A DNA stretch of 64,000 nt, from contig NC_087437.1 of NCBI RefSeq assembly GCF_036321535.1, positions 27,344,001 to 27,408,000 on the forward strand, written 5' to 3'. Under the pieces are notes generated by a model that was not told the DNA's origin, searched no databases, and saw only the letters and a program-made list of their open reading frames with translations. This DNA is from Camelus dromedarius. Taxonomy: Eukaryota. Positions 1 to 12,588 of this stretch are shown here, in pieces (position 1 is the stretch's first letter; every line of letters begins with the position of its first letter). The position numbers and the translations under genes were made by a program.

Positions 1-639
1 CCAAGGGAGAAAATAATCCTCAAGGGATCCTTGTAGTACCTTTGGGGGTGACGAGGCATTTTAAAAGCTCTCATGCATCTGAAATTCCTGAGGGAGTCAC
101 CTTCCACTTGTTTGAAAAATTATTGGGTTAAATAATCTCCATGCATTTTAGTTCATTTTGGGATTCTGCTGAGAGCATAGTATGGGTAAGGCAGCGTCTA
201 CCTAACAGTAAGCTGATGTTGCACATAAATTCATCTTTCTGTGATGATTCAGAAGACATGTTAATACTCTGCAGTGTCCCAGGGTCATCACCACGGCCAC
301 TTAGACCATCAGCTCCCATCAGGCAGAGCAGAGGGTATAGATGCTACAGACGATTAGGCTGAAACCATATTGACCCTATGGCATCCTGAAAGTTCTGTAT
401 TGAATAATTCCACTTGGGTTTATTTGCCGTGTGTTTCTTTTTCATAGAAACAGAAGGAAGGAAAAAAAGTCCAATTATTTGTGTTTTCTGGTTCCTTATA
501 TTATGGTGGGGGGAAAGGAGGAAACAAGGAATTCCAAGAATAAGAATGTAAGCCAAGTCTCCCCCAGAACTCTGAGAGGTGAACCATCATATGATGGTGA
601 TTGGATGAATCATGGACAAAACCAAAACAAAACTCCTCA

Positions 640-1570
640 TCCCCATCTCCCTAATCCTGATCCTTTCCCATCTTGTTAATGGCATCCCTGTCCCCCCTCA
701 GCTCAGGCCAAAACCCAGAGTTGTTCTTGGTTTTTGCCACCACCTTCTACTCTGCAACTTTCAATCTATCAATACGTTCTTCCAGGTCCACCTCCAAGTT
801 ACATCCTGATCCTGACCACGCATTGCTATCTGGTCTGCTGTCACCCTAGTCTTAATCACCATCGGTTCTGGCTTGGGTTCTTGCAATTACCTCTTAAGTT
901 CTTTCCCTTGTACAACTGAGTCTCAGTTCAGCCGACACAGTGATTATAAATGTAACTGTAAATCAGATGCTATCACACTCCTGATGGGTGCTTCCTGGTG
1001 ATTTCTCATTGCACTTATAGTGTAATCTGGACTCGACTCTGACCTACCAGCTCTTCTGGGGTCTGACCCATCTACCCCATGACATGTCTTCTTACCACTC
1101 TCTCCTTGGCTTCAGCACCTGCCTCTTTCTGTTCCTGGGACACTCAGTGCTTGTGTGGACCCAGGGACTTTGCCCTTGCCCTTCCCTGTGCTAGGAATGG
1201 TTATTGGGGAATAATCATGCCTAGCACACAGACTCCTTCCAGTAGCTGGTCCCATCTTTCTTGCAGATATCAGTTCAAACATTACCCTCTCAGGGTAATC
1301 CTGGCTCTCCCTACCTAAGCAGCACCCCTTAAGCAGCCACTCTACCCCATTGCCTTGTTTTACTTTCTTCATATCGCCATCTAGAATTGTATTATATGAT
1401 TTATTTGTTGGTCAACCTGGCTATTGTCTGTTTCTACCACTAGAATGAGAATTCTACAAGGACAGGGAAATTTTCTTGTTTTCCACTGTATCTCCAGGGA
1501 ATGGAACATGTATCTCCTGACACAAGGTGGACCCGCGAGAAATACCATTACCTGAGTAAATGGGTGCATG
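640..1570 (+). mobile_element. LINE-2 (L2a-like) 3' portion
   Basis: Collinear L2 3' motifs: 'aatggcatcc..gctcaggccaaaacc', 'aatcagatgctatcac', 'cagggactttgcccttgcccttccctgtgctaggaatg', 'ccactagaatgagaattctacaaggacaggga'. Boundaries approximate. Confidence 0.8.
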
Positions 1571-1630
1571 TGTATGCAACGTGAAACCCTATAGGAAAAT
1601 GTTTCTCCAAATCAGAAGTCAGTGAGGGGT

Positions 1631-1752
1631 GGGGAGGGTATAGCTCAGTGGTAGAGCCCATGCTTAGCATGCAAGAGGTCCTGGGTTCAATCCTCAGCAC
1701 CTCCACCAAAAATAAATAAATAAACCTAATTACCTCCCTGTCCCTCAAAAAA
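1631..1752 (+). mobile_element. tRNA-Ala-derived SINE (camelid Vic-1-like)
   Basis: GGGGAGGGTATAGCTCAGTGGTAGAG (A box) ... GGTTCAATCC (B box), then an A-rich linker and 'cctaattacctccc'. Three related copies elsewhere in the window. Confidence 0.9.
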
Positions 1753-2404
1753 GAAGTAGGAAGAAAAAGCAAAAACTAACTATAATAGCCTGTCTAAAAT
1801 CTTTTCAGAATAAATGGTATTAGCATGACTAAAGAGAAAATGAGTCAATCAGAAGGATCAGAAAAGAAAATACAAAAGGGAATGTCAGAGAGAGAAAAAA
1901 GTTAGCAATGTGCTTTCAACTGCTGGGAGAGGGAGATTTTGGCCTTTAAACCTTATATGTTGGTTCCCTGATACAAAGACATTTCCGAAACAGAGATGGA
2001 TACAAAAAGATGATGACAGCTTGATCCTTTAAACATGGGTCTCACTGAACTCCACTGCTCTGACCCCAGCTGTCTGCTTCTGGGGGGTGGGAGTAGGGAT
2101 GAGGGGTAATCTGGCTTTACCCATGGATTTCTCTGCTGGGAGGAAGGTGCTGTCCAGCGCAGATGAACAACTGGTCCCTTTGGAAGTTCTAGTTTTTGCC
2201 TTAAATAAGGAAACTGGTGTTCTGATTTATTCTTCAGTCTTTTGTGACTTTAGTTAGTGGGAGTCTACCCCCAGGAAGAGAACCATTCGCAGAGTCCTAG
2301 CAAAATCAAGTGAATGCATCTGCATTGCTGAGGTCCAGACTCTGGAGTGTTGTTCTCTGGTTAAGTGACACCTCTAGACCATCCCCTTTCAGATGTATTT
2401 TCTT

Positions 2405-2465
2405 TCTAGTTCCTTCTTTCCTCCCTCCCTTCCTCTCTCCCTTCTTCCCTCCCTTCCTTCCTTTT
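2405..2465. repeat. CT-rich (CCTT/CCCT) low-complexity tract
   Basis: Directly visible polypyrimidine run. Confidence 0.8.
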
Positions 2466-2472
2466 ATCTATC

Positions 2473-2830
2473 TTTTAGGGTTCCATCAGGAACCTTTGGG
2501 TCACTCAAATATGGTCATCTAAGCAGGAGAGTTTAATAAAGGGATATTTTACAGAGGTGTGGGCAGAGTTTAGGGAAATCACAAGGGATGACGCAGTCCT
2601 CCATGAGAAGTAGGGGGACAGGGGAGGGCAGTGTTCTCAGAATCTGTTCCTTCTGGAGTCCACCATGACCCTATAGGGAGCAAGATGACCTCACTCTCCT
2701 TTCCTCTCCTCTCATCTGCTACTGGTGCTCCTATTGGCCAAACCCAAGTGGAAACCAAAGTTCAGCCTCTCAGGGCATCGGGCAGGGTGGAGAAGAGTGG
2801 AAGATGAATATGAAGGGGAAATTGATATAA
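2473..2830 (-). mobile_element. ERVL LTR (LTR33-like)
   Basis: 'gagagtttaataaagggatattttacagaggtgtgggcagagtttagggaaatcacaagggat' and 'ctcctattggccaaaccca' are the reverse complement of the + copies at about 11 kb and 20.6-22.3 kb. Confidence 0.7.
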
Positions 2831-2863
2831 AAGGGCAAATGTAAGAAATTTTTCTATCAATAA

Positions 2864-2948
2864 CCATCCATCTATCCATCCATCCATCCATCTATCCATC
2901 CATCCATCCATCCATCCATCCATCCATCTGTCCAACCATCCACCCATC
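2864..2948. repeat. (CCAT)n microsatellite
   Basis: Directly visible, partly degenerate. Confidence 0.95.
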
Positions 2949-2959
2949 TGTTGTCTATC

Positions 2960-3260
2960 TAAGTGAAATAGTAATGCATATACATGGTTTACAAGATGAG
3001 AAATAATAAAAAGGTGAACAGGGCAAACCAAGTCTTCTCCTATCCCTGAGGTTCAGTCTCCCAGGCTCTCTCCTCTGAGGTAATTTCTTGTGAAACTTTC
3101 CTGTTATATTCACTGACCACTTTAGCATAGATGTAAATACATCATCTTTCCACCACCTGCTTTCTAAACAAATGATAATATACCATGCAGACTCTTCTAC
3201 ATCTGGGTTTTCCATTTAATGAAATGTCTTTGTGAGCATTCTAATGGGAACATATATATA
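2960..3260 (-). mobile_element. Ancient L1 (L1ME-like) 3' fragment
   Basis: Typical antisense L1ME 3'UTR wording ('aaacaaatgataatataccatgcagactcttctacatctgggttttccatttaa'). Confidence 0.5.
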
Positions 3261-3744
3261 TATGATTGTTTTGGTCGTTTGGTCTGTCTGATTGTTTTGA
3301 TGGCAACAAATTCAACTTTTAACTCTGGAGTGGGATCTCATTGATGATGTGTGTACCCTTGACCATGCACGTATCCACAGCTACTCACTGCAACTTCGCA
3401 GGAGTGTACACACTCTCTCCTTAATTTGAGATCTGGAAGCAGTTCTTCTCTGCCATGCTGGACACCGTCCTGGCAACCTCTAGTCTCAGATGCAAAAGGT
3501 TATTGTTTCCAAGTTCGGACTCTGTGTACAAGGGGGGAAACCAAGATCTCAAGTTCTATTTGGTTCTCTGACCACTCTGGGCAGTTAACTCTCAGCCGTG
3601 AAGCAGCTTCAAGTATCTGATTTGGGCAAGGCTCCCTTGCCCAGATGTTTGATACCATTGAATGTTTTGTCATCCCAAAACAGTACCCTGATTAATCAGC
3701 CCTTGCGTCTATAGTACCCAGTACTAGAAGTTAGGAATGGTCGT

Positions 3745-3870
3745 ATTTCTAAAATGAGGGATAATGATGGATTGCAAGGACGAATGGAATAATGATATAA
3801 ACACCTTCAAATAGTGCCTGGCACATAAAAAATGCTCAATGAATATCTTCTATTTATTACAATTATTGTT
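3745..3870 (+). mobile_element. MIR SINE
   Basis: 'taaaatgagggataatga' ... 'atagtgcctggcacataaaaaatgctcaatgaata'. Confidence 0.7.
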
Positions 3871-5189
3871 CATATTATAATTAATTCATGAACTGAGGAG
3901 TTCAACACTGGAAATAGTTAAAATATGAAGCACATTTTAAGAAAACCAATGAACCAAGAATGAACACTTGCTACATATTAGTTTCTATTTTTACATCAAG
4001 TTAGAAATATTAAACACGAGCCTTAAGTTTCTGACAAATTTAGACTCGACTTTTTTCTTGCCCAACACCAAAGTGTGCTTAGTTACTATTCTAATATATC
4101 TTTTGTTACAGGTTATCTCTGTACCTTTAGAAAGATTTAGAGCCCTTAAATGGGGCTACTTTATTCCATTTTAGCTCTTGATAACACCTCCCAGCCTGTG
4201 AATTCCCTATAGGAACATGTGCAATTTAGTGTGTGCAATATGATTTATTTTAGCTCCATTAAAAAAAGGTAGGCTTTGTTTTTCCTCTGAAAATTTGAGC
4301 AACTTTTATGTATTGTGTGTCTGTGAGAGAGATCCCATGCCGCTGCAGTTGCATATGCCTCAAAATCATCTCTTCACATCCCTATGACATTTGCCTTATT
4401 TTTAATTTGTAGAAGTAATATTATGTAGGTCACAGGGGAAAGAAAAATTTCCAAAGCTGATTTTCCAATTGAAGGCTGATGTACATACAAACAATCCTGC
4501 TGACATTTCCAGGGCATTAAATACAAAGAGAATATATTTTTATATTTAACTGTGGAGATGAACGTACCTATATTGTAGGAGAATTGTTAATAAAAAAAGG
4601 TTTATCAATTTCATTACTGATTCATTATACCCGGGTGTTGTGCAGCAATTTTTTTTGTCCTCTGACTGTGGTGTAACAAGGAGTGAATCTGTGACATAGC
4701 CTCAAATGAACTCCCAAGTGATGTGGTTCCTAAAAGAAATATCATCACTGAAGTGGTGCCCCTTCCTGAACTTTTGCCCAACACTGTGATGGGTATAGTT
4801 GATTGCAAACATTCTCTCTAGAAATTTCAATAATTTGGCAAGATATCTTTTAGCAGAATCGTTCTTTGTGTTTAAAAAATTAACTGAGTTCAGCATGGGT
4901 ATAGAGAAACATCTGAAGGAAAGCACCAAGTTAGTACTGACAATCGTGGCTCTGCCTGGGGGAGTGGCACTGGGGCTGAAGCAGGAAGAGGAGAAGGAAA
5001 CTGTTACTTGCTAGTCTTTCCAGGTCTGCATCAGTGAATTGGTTACAGCCTGCAATGATTAGTGCAGAAAAGAAGTGGGCAGCCTTACCATCTACTCCGT
5101 CTCCCAGCTCAGAAACCAGGAAGGCAGATGTGCCTTTTTCTCTTTCACAACCCACACCCCATACTTGATGTGCCAAGTAACCAAGCCCT

Positions 5190-5900
5190 GTGAGTTTACT
5201 TCCTAGAGCTCTCATCTGTCTAATGCAATGGCCTCTGAACCCGACCCCCTGTAACCGCATCCATTCTCCCTACTCCTCAGAAGCATCCCATCCCGCCCGC
5301 ACCCAAGAGCAGATCTAACCAGGTCACTTCCATGTTTGAAATCCCCCACCCAGCATGCCTAGCCAGCTCTAACCCCTTCTCCACAGACATAAATTTTTGA
5401 TCTGTTTCCAATTGCAAATGTGACCAAGAACACTCACTATCCCCTGAAAGAGTCCATCCTCAGCCTGCCATAAGAATTCTCACCACCCAATCTGCCCATC
5501 TTCTCAGCCTCACCATCAGCAATGAGGCCCCTGCAGTTCTGCAGACACTTCACCTGCTGTCTCACGCCCTGTCTCCTGGCCTCTGCAGTTTCCTCTCCCG
5601 GATTGCCCTTCCCTGCCTTGACTTCCTTTGAAAGCTCCTGCTCTTTCTCTCCTGTGATGTTTTCCTGGTACCTCCAGGCAGAGCTGGCTCCTCCCTCTCT
5701 AAGTAGCTGATGTTACACTTTTGATGTCACACATTTCCCCCAACACTATTGTTTCTTTGAGAGCAAAGAGCTTATTTATTTATTTTGCTCATATGTTTAT
5801 ATTTTTTATTTTGGCATCCCCAACATTTTCCATGCGCAGTAAATGAGTATTTTCTATGGAATGTTTATGCTGAATGAATGAGTGAGTGAATGAACGAATG
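5190..5900 (+). mobile_element. LINE-2 3' fragment
   Basis: Degenerate L2 motifs ending in a (GAAT)-type tail 'tgaatgaatgagtgagtgaatgaacgaatg'. Confidence 0.6.
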
Positions 5901-6162
5901 CAGAGAGCCAGACTGGGAAGTACCAGCTTTGTGGTCTAGTTTTATTGCTGATATTTGGGCTGGATCTCATTTTTCTTGCATTTTAATGGCACATTGGACA
6001 CTCCTGATTTATCTGATTCTAAAATAATCTTTTTTTTTCCATTCACAATTTCACTAGATTCCAGGTTGTGAATCCTGGGCGTCCTTGGAGGAGCCCTGGA
6101 GGCCAGCTCCACCTGGTGTCTCTTAATAGTTTTTTGCTCCATAGTTTTCTTCAAATAGTAAC

Positions 6163-6340
6163 TGCCACTTTGAACAAGTTGCTTAGCATCCCTGCACCTT
6201 AATTTCCTCAGCTGCAATATGTGATTCATCACGTGGTTACCTCATAGAGTGCCAGTGAGGATTAGATCAGATAATGTGTGTAAAGTTCTTAGAACAATGC
6301 CTAGCATACAGAATATGTAATAAGTGTTCAATGAGTATTG
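6163..6340 (+). mobile_element. MIR SINE
   Basis: Core 'aatttcctcagctgcaa' ... 'tacctcatagagtgccagtgaggattagatcagataatgtgtgtaaagttcttagaacaatgcctagcata'. Confidence 0.8.
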
Positions 6341-7027
6341 ATGATGGTGATGTTTCCTTGATGTCTTTGAGGGCACTTTGCACTTTTCTGCATAGAAGGA
6401 GTGTAAACTATGAGCCTACTGTGCATTGCTGTATTCTATAATGATTAAAAAAGTACTGTATCACTGTGTTAAATGATCAATATAGAGCTATATAGACATA
6501 GACAAATGCATTTGTCTGTAATGAGTTAGGCTTCAAAGATGGTACAGTGAACCAAGGCAATTTAAAATTTTATAGAAGTGACTACTCTCATGCTAAAAAA
6601 TTCCATCACTAGAAATTTTGTTATTGGGATATTTTGTTCCCTTTTGAAATGTAGATATTCTAACAAGTAGGAACATATGAGTCATGTAAACCTTAGTGTG
6701 AATGAATGAATGAAATCTTTCCCTGAGAGCAGTGTTGATGGGAAGAATAGGTTGGTGCTGGGAGCCAGAGGAAGGGAAGGGGAGAAAGGGAATAGTAACT
6801 GCAAGAATCTGTCAGATGTGATGGGCTTGGGGGCTGTGGTGGTTTTTGCAAGGTTGGCAACCTGGGACACTTTTTTGAATTGCAGACTGGCCTCAACCAG
6901 GAATCAGGTACTGTTCAGGGGCAGCATAGTTCTGGTTGCTGGAAGCTCATGGCCAGGACTGCTGGCCTGGGTTCTGGCTTCCTGGTCACCCACTCTTTGA
7001 CTAACTATCTTGTGCTCTAAATCAGCA

Positions 7028-7963
7028 TAAAGAACTCCTCCAACTCAAAAACAACAACAGAAAATCAATTAACCTGATTAAAAATTAGCTGAAGGACTTG
7101 GATAGATATTTCTCCAAAGATGATATTCAAATGGGCAACAGGCCTATGAAAAGAGGTTCAATATCACTAGTCATCAGGGAAATTCAGATCAAAATCGCAA
7201 TGAGATATCACCATCATTCCTCATGCCCATTAGGATTGCTATTATAAAGCAGACAAACAAGCAAACAAACACAAAATAGCAAATGTTGGCAAAGATGTAA
7301 AGAAATTAGAACCTTTGTGCACTGTTGATGGGAATGTAAAATGGTGCAGCTACCATGGAAAACTGTATGGTGGTTTCCCAAAAAGTTAAAAATAGAACTG
7401 TCATATGATCTAGTAATCCCACTTCTAGATATAAATCCAAAAGAATCCAAAGCAGGGTCTTGAAGAGATATTTGCACACCCATATTCACAAGCAGCATTA
7501 TTCACAGTAGCCAAGAGGTGGAAGCAAACCAAATATCCATCAAGAGATGAATAAACAAGATGTGGTATAAACATGCAATGGAAGATTATTCAGCCTTAAA
7601 AAAAAAAAAAAAGAAAGAAACCTGTAACAACGTGGACAAAACTTGCGGGCATTATACTAAGTGAAATATGTCAGTCACAAAAAGACAAATAATGCATGAT
7701 TCCACTTAAATGAAATATCTTAAGTAATCAAATTCATTGAGACAGAAAGTGGTAATGGTGGTAACCAGGGTCTGGAGGGAGGGGGAAAAAGGAGTTGATG
7801 TTTAGTGCTAATGTTCAGTTGATGTTTAATCTGACTTGCAAGATGAAAAACAACTGGTGATCTCTTTCACAACAATGTGAATATACTTAACACTTCTGAA
7901 TTTGTACAGTTAAAAATGGTGATGATGGACATTTTATGTGTTTTTTACCACAGTTAAAAAAAA
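7028..7963 (+). mobile_element. L1 (L1MB-like) ORF2 end + 3'UTR, 5'-truncated
   Basis: Hallmark L1 text 'atatttctccaaagatgatattcaaatgg', 'gggaatgtaaaatggtgcagc', 'gcagggtcttgaagagatatttgcacaccca'; ends in an A tail. Confidence 0.9.
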
Positions 7964-9831
7964 ATACCCAACCTAAGTCCCAACCAAATCAACTAAGTCA
8001 GGTGAAATGGGGCTAGGACTTCAATGTTATTTAAAATCTCCCTGGATTATTCCATGGTACGATCAGGTTTGCAAGTAACTACCCTAATCTCTAATTCTGA
8101 ATCCAATCTGTCTACCCAATTCTTCCTCCTTAGCCAGTTACTGCAAGGAGCAGGCTCTTACTCTTTCACACAGGGCAGTCTAGAGTCAGAAGTTTATTGT
8201 GCACCTTCATTCAGGGCTGGGTTGGGGTGCAGATTCTACATGGGCCACCAAATCGGATAGATGAGAAGCAGGGCATCGGTTAACCCAGGTTTCTGTGCAC
8301 AACCCTGTGTGTAACTTCTAGGCAAACAACATTGGAGATGCCTAGCGCAACTCAGGGTGTGGCCCCAGGCAGAGCCCAGCCTCTCTTTAAGGATTGTTAG
8401 CAGAACAAAGAGGACAGGCAGAGAGGAAAGAGATCCAGGATGCTGCCCAAGGAATGAAAAGTCACCATGGGACTAGGAGGACAGTGGCCACCTAGCATCA
8501 GATGGTTGGGGTAAGGACAGAGAAATTCCAGAAGCCGGAAACAGACAGTTGAAAGAAGGGAAAAGGAGAAACAATATGATTCTTTTTTTTCTAGAGCTGG
8601 ACCGATTTAATTTGTTTTTAAATAAAATAAAAACTGCCAGGATTGGGGGTGGGGTGCGGAGGGGGAGCTTCATTCTTTATTAGGGAGAGAGCCGGGATCA
8701 GGTAGTGGAGTTTTTATGCAGGGAACAGTAATCAATATTCAAAATCTTCCTTCTTAATACACTGAGGATTGAATTCAGGCTTTAGCATAATTTAATTAAA
8801 TGGACTATTGTTTTTCTTTCTCACTGGTTTTAGTGTGAGGTAAGCAGGATTAGGTTCTAATTGAAGCAGATATATCTGCCTCAAAGCCAAGGAGGCCTGG
8901 ATAAACAGACTGAGGAGGTTTTTATGTAAATTTCATATTCAGAAGGGTGTGGGTGCACAGATGGATACACGTTACCTCCTTGGTTTCCAGTTTTAGAAAG
9001 CAGGGGGAAAATGTTGGGTGAGTCAAAATTTTTTAAAATTGCAGTTGGATTTCTTCATAAAACATATTAGCTAGGTGGTGTTGGAACAGGACTGTGTAAT
9101 TTGTGCTTCTGCAACACTTTCCTCCAGAAAATGTGTTTCAGTTTTATGTTCTTTTAAAAAGGGAACCGATATTTAAGTGTCCGTTATACAGTAGCAAGCT
9201 AGGAGTTTTTAAAGGCAGTGCCTAAGTTAATTCCTGCAATGACACCCATTTGACAGTCGAGGGAACTGAGACTCAGGGAAATTTTATAAATTTTCCAAGG
9301 TCACTGAGCTCATACATAGGAAAACTGCGGTTTGAAGCCAGTTATTTTTGGCTCAAAGCCAATGTTCTTTTGTGAGTTAACCCAGATACTAAAGGGGGTG
9401 AAGCTAAGCTGTATTATTTCTTTGGTTCCATTTTCAGAGTTAAACTTAGATAGCAGATATACATCTTAGTCCTCAAACTCAGAGATTCAATAAATTTACT
9501 TTTAAAATTTTTATGAGTTAATCATAACTTCAGGCCCCCATCCTACTAGATATTCTACTAATTTCTGCTGACTTGCTCATTGTCCCAGCCCCAGTGTTTC
9601 CTTCCTTCGGCCTTGCTGATACTTAGCAGTCACGGCTTCGGCCTGGGGCCCAGCCACTGAGGTCTGCTCCAGTGCCTGGGGTTTTGTTCTGGAAAAGTCC
9701 TTCTTTGATCGTGCTTCCTGGAGAAGTACTCACTTCTCACCTCTAATTTTGGTCTCAACGATGAGTTTTGGCTTTTGAAAATAAAAGCCAGGAAGAGGAT
9801 AATAGTAATACTTACCTCAAAAGATTCTTGT

Positions 9832-9982
9832 GGGTGAGGGTATGTAGCTCACGGGTAGAGTGCATGCTTAGCATTTACAAGGTCCTGGGTTCAATCCCCA
9901 GTGCCTCCATTAAAATAAATAATAAATAAATAAGCCTAATTACTGCCCCCCACATTTTTTATTAAATTTTTTTTAATTAAAA
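9832..9982 (+). mobile_element. tRNA-Ala-derived SINE (Vic-1-like) inserted in a MIR
   Basis: A/B boxes; 12-bp TSD AAAAGATTCTTG at 9819-9830 and 9983-9994; flanks rejoin as MIR 'aatagtaatacttacctc...gaggattaaatga'. Confidence 0.9.
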
Positions 9983-10179
9983 AAAAGATTCTTGGGAGGA
10001 TTAAATGAATTATCTATCAAGTACTTAATATACTCATTGTATATACTTTGTAAATATGAGCTATTACATTATTTTAGAACAGATTTGCATATTTTTCTCT
10101 AGTTTTACTTACGTGATTTACAAAATACATAGTAAGATATAGCGTTTGTAATAACTGGTATATAATCCATGGTGATACT

Positions 10180-10872
10180 GGTTCATGTCCTACAGGCACA
10201 GGAATTCTATTCTGTTTCACACAATTCCCATCAAAAATGAGAGGGAAAAGTACAATGCTGTTATAATTGTATGCACTGAATTGTAGAGTGTTTTCTTGCC
10301 AAGAAAGAACTTCCGTTTTGTCGAGGCATCAATGAGAATTCACATCTGATGGTTGGAAGAATTTTCCAGAGACTAGCTTCTGGCTCTGTTTCTTTCAAAT
10401 CTTGTTTTTCCTCCACACCACATACCCACTGCCATGTGCTGTAGGTCACTTTCGTCTTCGGATATGATCCGTGGCCCTGAGCTTCGGTTCATGATGAATC
10501 AGCACCATGGACAAAAGGAGCATTCCTGGAAGCCATCCCTACACTGGGATGATTACAAACCACCTAAAAATATTCCACTGCACCCAAATTTAGTGTGATC
10601 CCAACTCAACTTCTCATTAGTCAGATCCCCAAAATTCCAACAGGTACTGAATGCCACCTGACAAGAAGGGAAAGATCGTGGTAGGGAATTCTAAGTGGAA
10701 AGAGTCAGTCATTTTAATAAATTAACACTAACATATCTTCCACTTAAACATTTTCTAAAAATATGACTATGTGAACTCATTGTTAGGATCCCTCTAAGGA
10801 CCTTCAAAGATGTATGTGCAAGTGAGAGGCCCTGAAGATGCAAGCGGGTTAGTTTCTTGGTACATCACTTCC
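10180..10872 (-). mobile_element. hAT-Tip100 DNA transposon fossil (Zaphod/MER115-like) terminal segment
   Basis: 'gtgcaagtgagaggccctgaag', 'ggagcattcctggaagccatccctacactggga' and 'aattttccagagactagcttctggctc' match the reverse complement of the recalled Zaphod 5' end. Confidence 0.65.
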
Positions 10873-10984
10873 CGAGTATGCAGTAGGGTTATCCATTGTA
10901 ATGGACTTGGGACTGTGCCCAACACATTCACCCGCTGTCACCCATTGTTGGCAGCTGAGTGAGAGTGAGGGTAGGAGAGATCAC

Positions 10985-11455
10985 TTGCTCTGACTTCTGT
11001 GCATATACCCTCTCTGACTTGCTTGTGCCCCAGGAAGCTGACCTCTGTATTCTGTCTTACACAGATTTCCTTGCCCCTGGCTTCCAGTTGGCTTTGGCCA
11101 GTGGGAGCCATCAGAGAAGATTGATGAGTAGTGGGAAAGAGAGGTTGGGGTATTTATCACCCCCCGCCCCAACTCCCCTCAATTTCTTATGGTTCTGACT
11201 CTGTCTGCACCAGCTGCAGCTCCTAATGGGTAACTCCTCTTCCAGGACTACAGAGCTCGCTGGTTCCAATGACACCACTTCTACCCTTTGCTCTCATCAG
11301 GACTAACAGTAGTATCAGCTTCCTGCTGCTGTGAGTCTCTCGGTGCCTCACTGTCCTTTGTTAGTTCCCTTAACCTATCCACACGTCTGTAACTAGTCTC
11401 TTCATTCAGTCCTTTCAGTCAATCCTTTTGAGTGTTTGTTTCCCCAGCAGATACA
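10985..11455 (+). mobile_element. ERVL solo LTR (LTR33-like)
   Basis: 'tgtgccccaggaagctgacctct', 'ggcttccagttggctttggccagtggga', 'ggggtatttat'; ends 'gataca'. Confidence 0.75.
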
Positions 11456-12324
11456 TTGTTCTGACCCCAAATCCTCCACCGGGTGGTCATTTCTGGCTAT
11501 ATTGCTTTTCTTTCTCCTGTTATCCTGAGATGAAAGGTATTGCTTATTTTCTTCCTCTCAGAGTAAGTCACAAAGAATGTGTACCTAAGGCCATTTCCTC
11601 CTCCTGCGGTGCAGTCATAAAATTGGCTGAGATCCACATGTAAATTGGAGAGTTCTGCTTGTTGACCCAACTGTTAATTTCCCCTGGGGGTGACACATCC
11701 CTCTGAGTATTTAGCCTCTCTTTAAAATTTCTAAGTCTCCATATGTGTTTATGTAACCGCTTAGCTCTGTCCTATGTAGCTCTAGGGAAATTTGCTACAC
11801 TTGTTGGAAGTTGAATTGTCCCATCATATTACATAAGATGAAAACCTGACCCCATTCAACCGCCAGAGCAATAGCGAGAGGAGACATTAAGTGAGAACTG
11901 ATTTTCAGTCCGGAGACCCCTTTCCATTCATGGGTCCTTTAGGTTTTCTCCAAGGCTACACAGATTGCTGTTTTTCAAAAGGAATATCATTTTTGCTACC
12001 CTCAGGAGCTACTTAATCTGGACATTAGAAATGTTTCTGAGAGTGGGGAGGAACATGGGAAACACTCACCGGCACCGTGTTTATCTTTAGTAAGAGAAAG
12101 GGAAAGAAATGAGCAGATACAGAACTTTCTTATATTTCCTTCTTGACACAGCTGCAGGTGGGATCCAGAAACTCTGACTTCAGACGCGCCCCAGATCGGG
12201 AATCTCTGTGACTAAACTGCCTTTGGAAAGTACTCCGTAGGCCCTTATCTCAGCTGATTCAGGTTGTGGTCGCCCAGGAAGGAGCTCACCCCTGAATCTG
12301 GCCCAGGCTGAACTCTTGATCTCT

Positions 12325-12535
12325 TCTTTCATTCCTTCAGCTAATGTTTGTCGAGTGCCTATAATAGGGGAGGCCCTACTCGAGGTGCTGAAGATACTGC
12401 AGTGAATGTGGCAAAGTCCTTACCCTCATGAGGCCAACATTCTAGTTGGAGAGGTAGAAAATGAACAAGCAGGCAAGTGACACACAAGTGGACACAAAAT
12501 ATTATCATTTTAGTTTGTGACAAGTGCTCTGAGGT
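12325..12535 (-). mobile_element. LINE-2 3' end
   Basis: 'ttcattccttcagctaatgtttgtcgagtgccta..ggtgctgaagatactgcagtgaa..ccctcatgaggccaacattctagttgg'. Confidence 0.7.
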
Positions 12536-12588
12536 GGTATTGCCGAGTAAATTTATTATAACCAATTAATGTCTTAATAATGTTGGGA

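Noticed and set aside
1634..1708. Apparent tRNA-Ala(AGC) gene (also at about 9834, 32702 and 42683)
   Set aside because: Stem mismatches, a shared non-tRNA 3' tail, and TSDs on three of the copies show these are SINEs, not tRNA genes.
2762..3031. W/M/D/G-rich ORF
   Set aside because: Translation of the (CCAT)n microsatellite.
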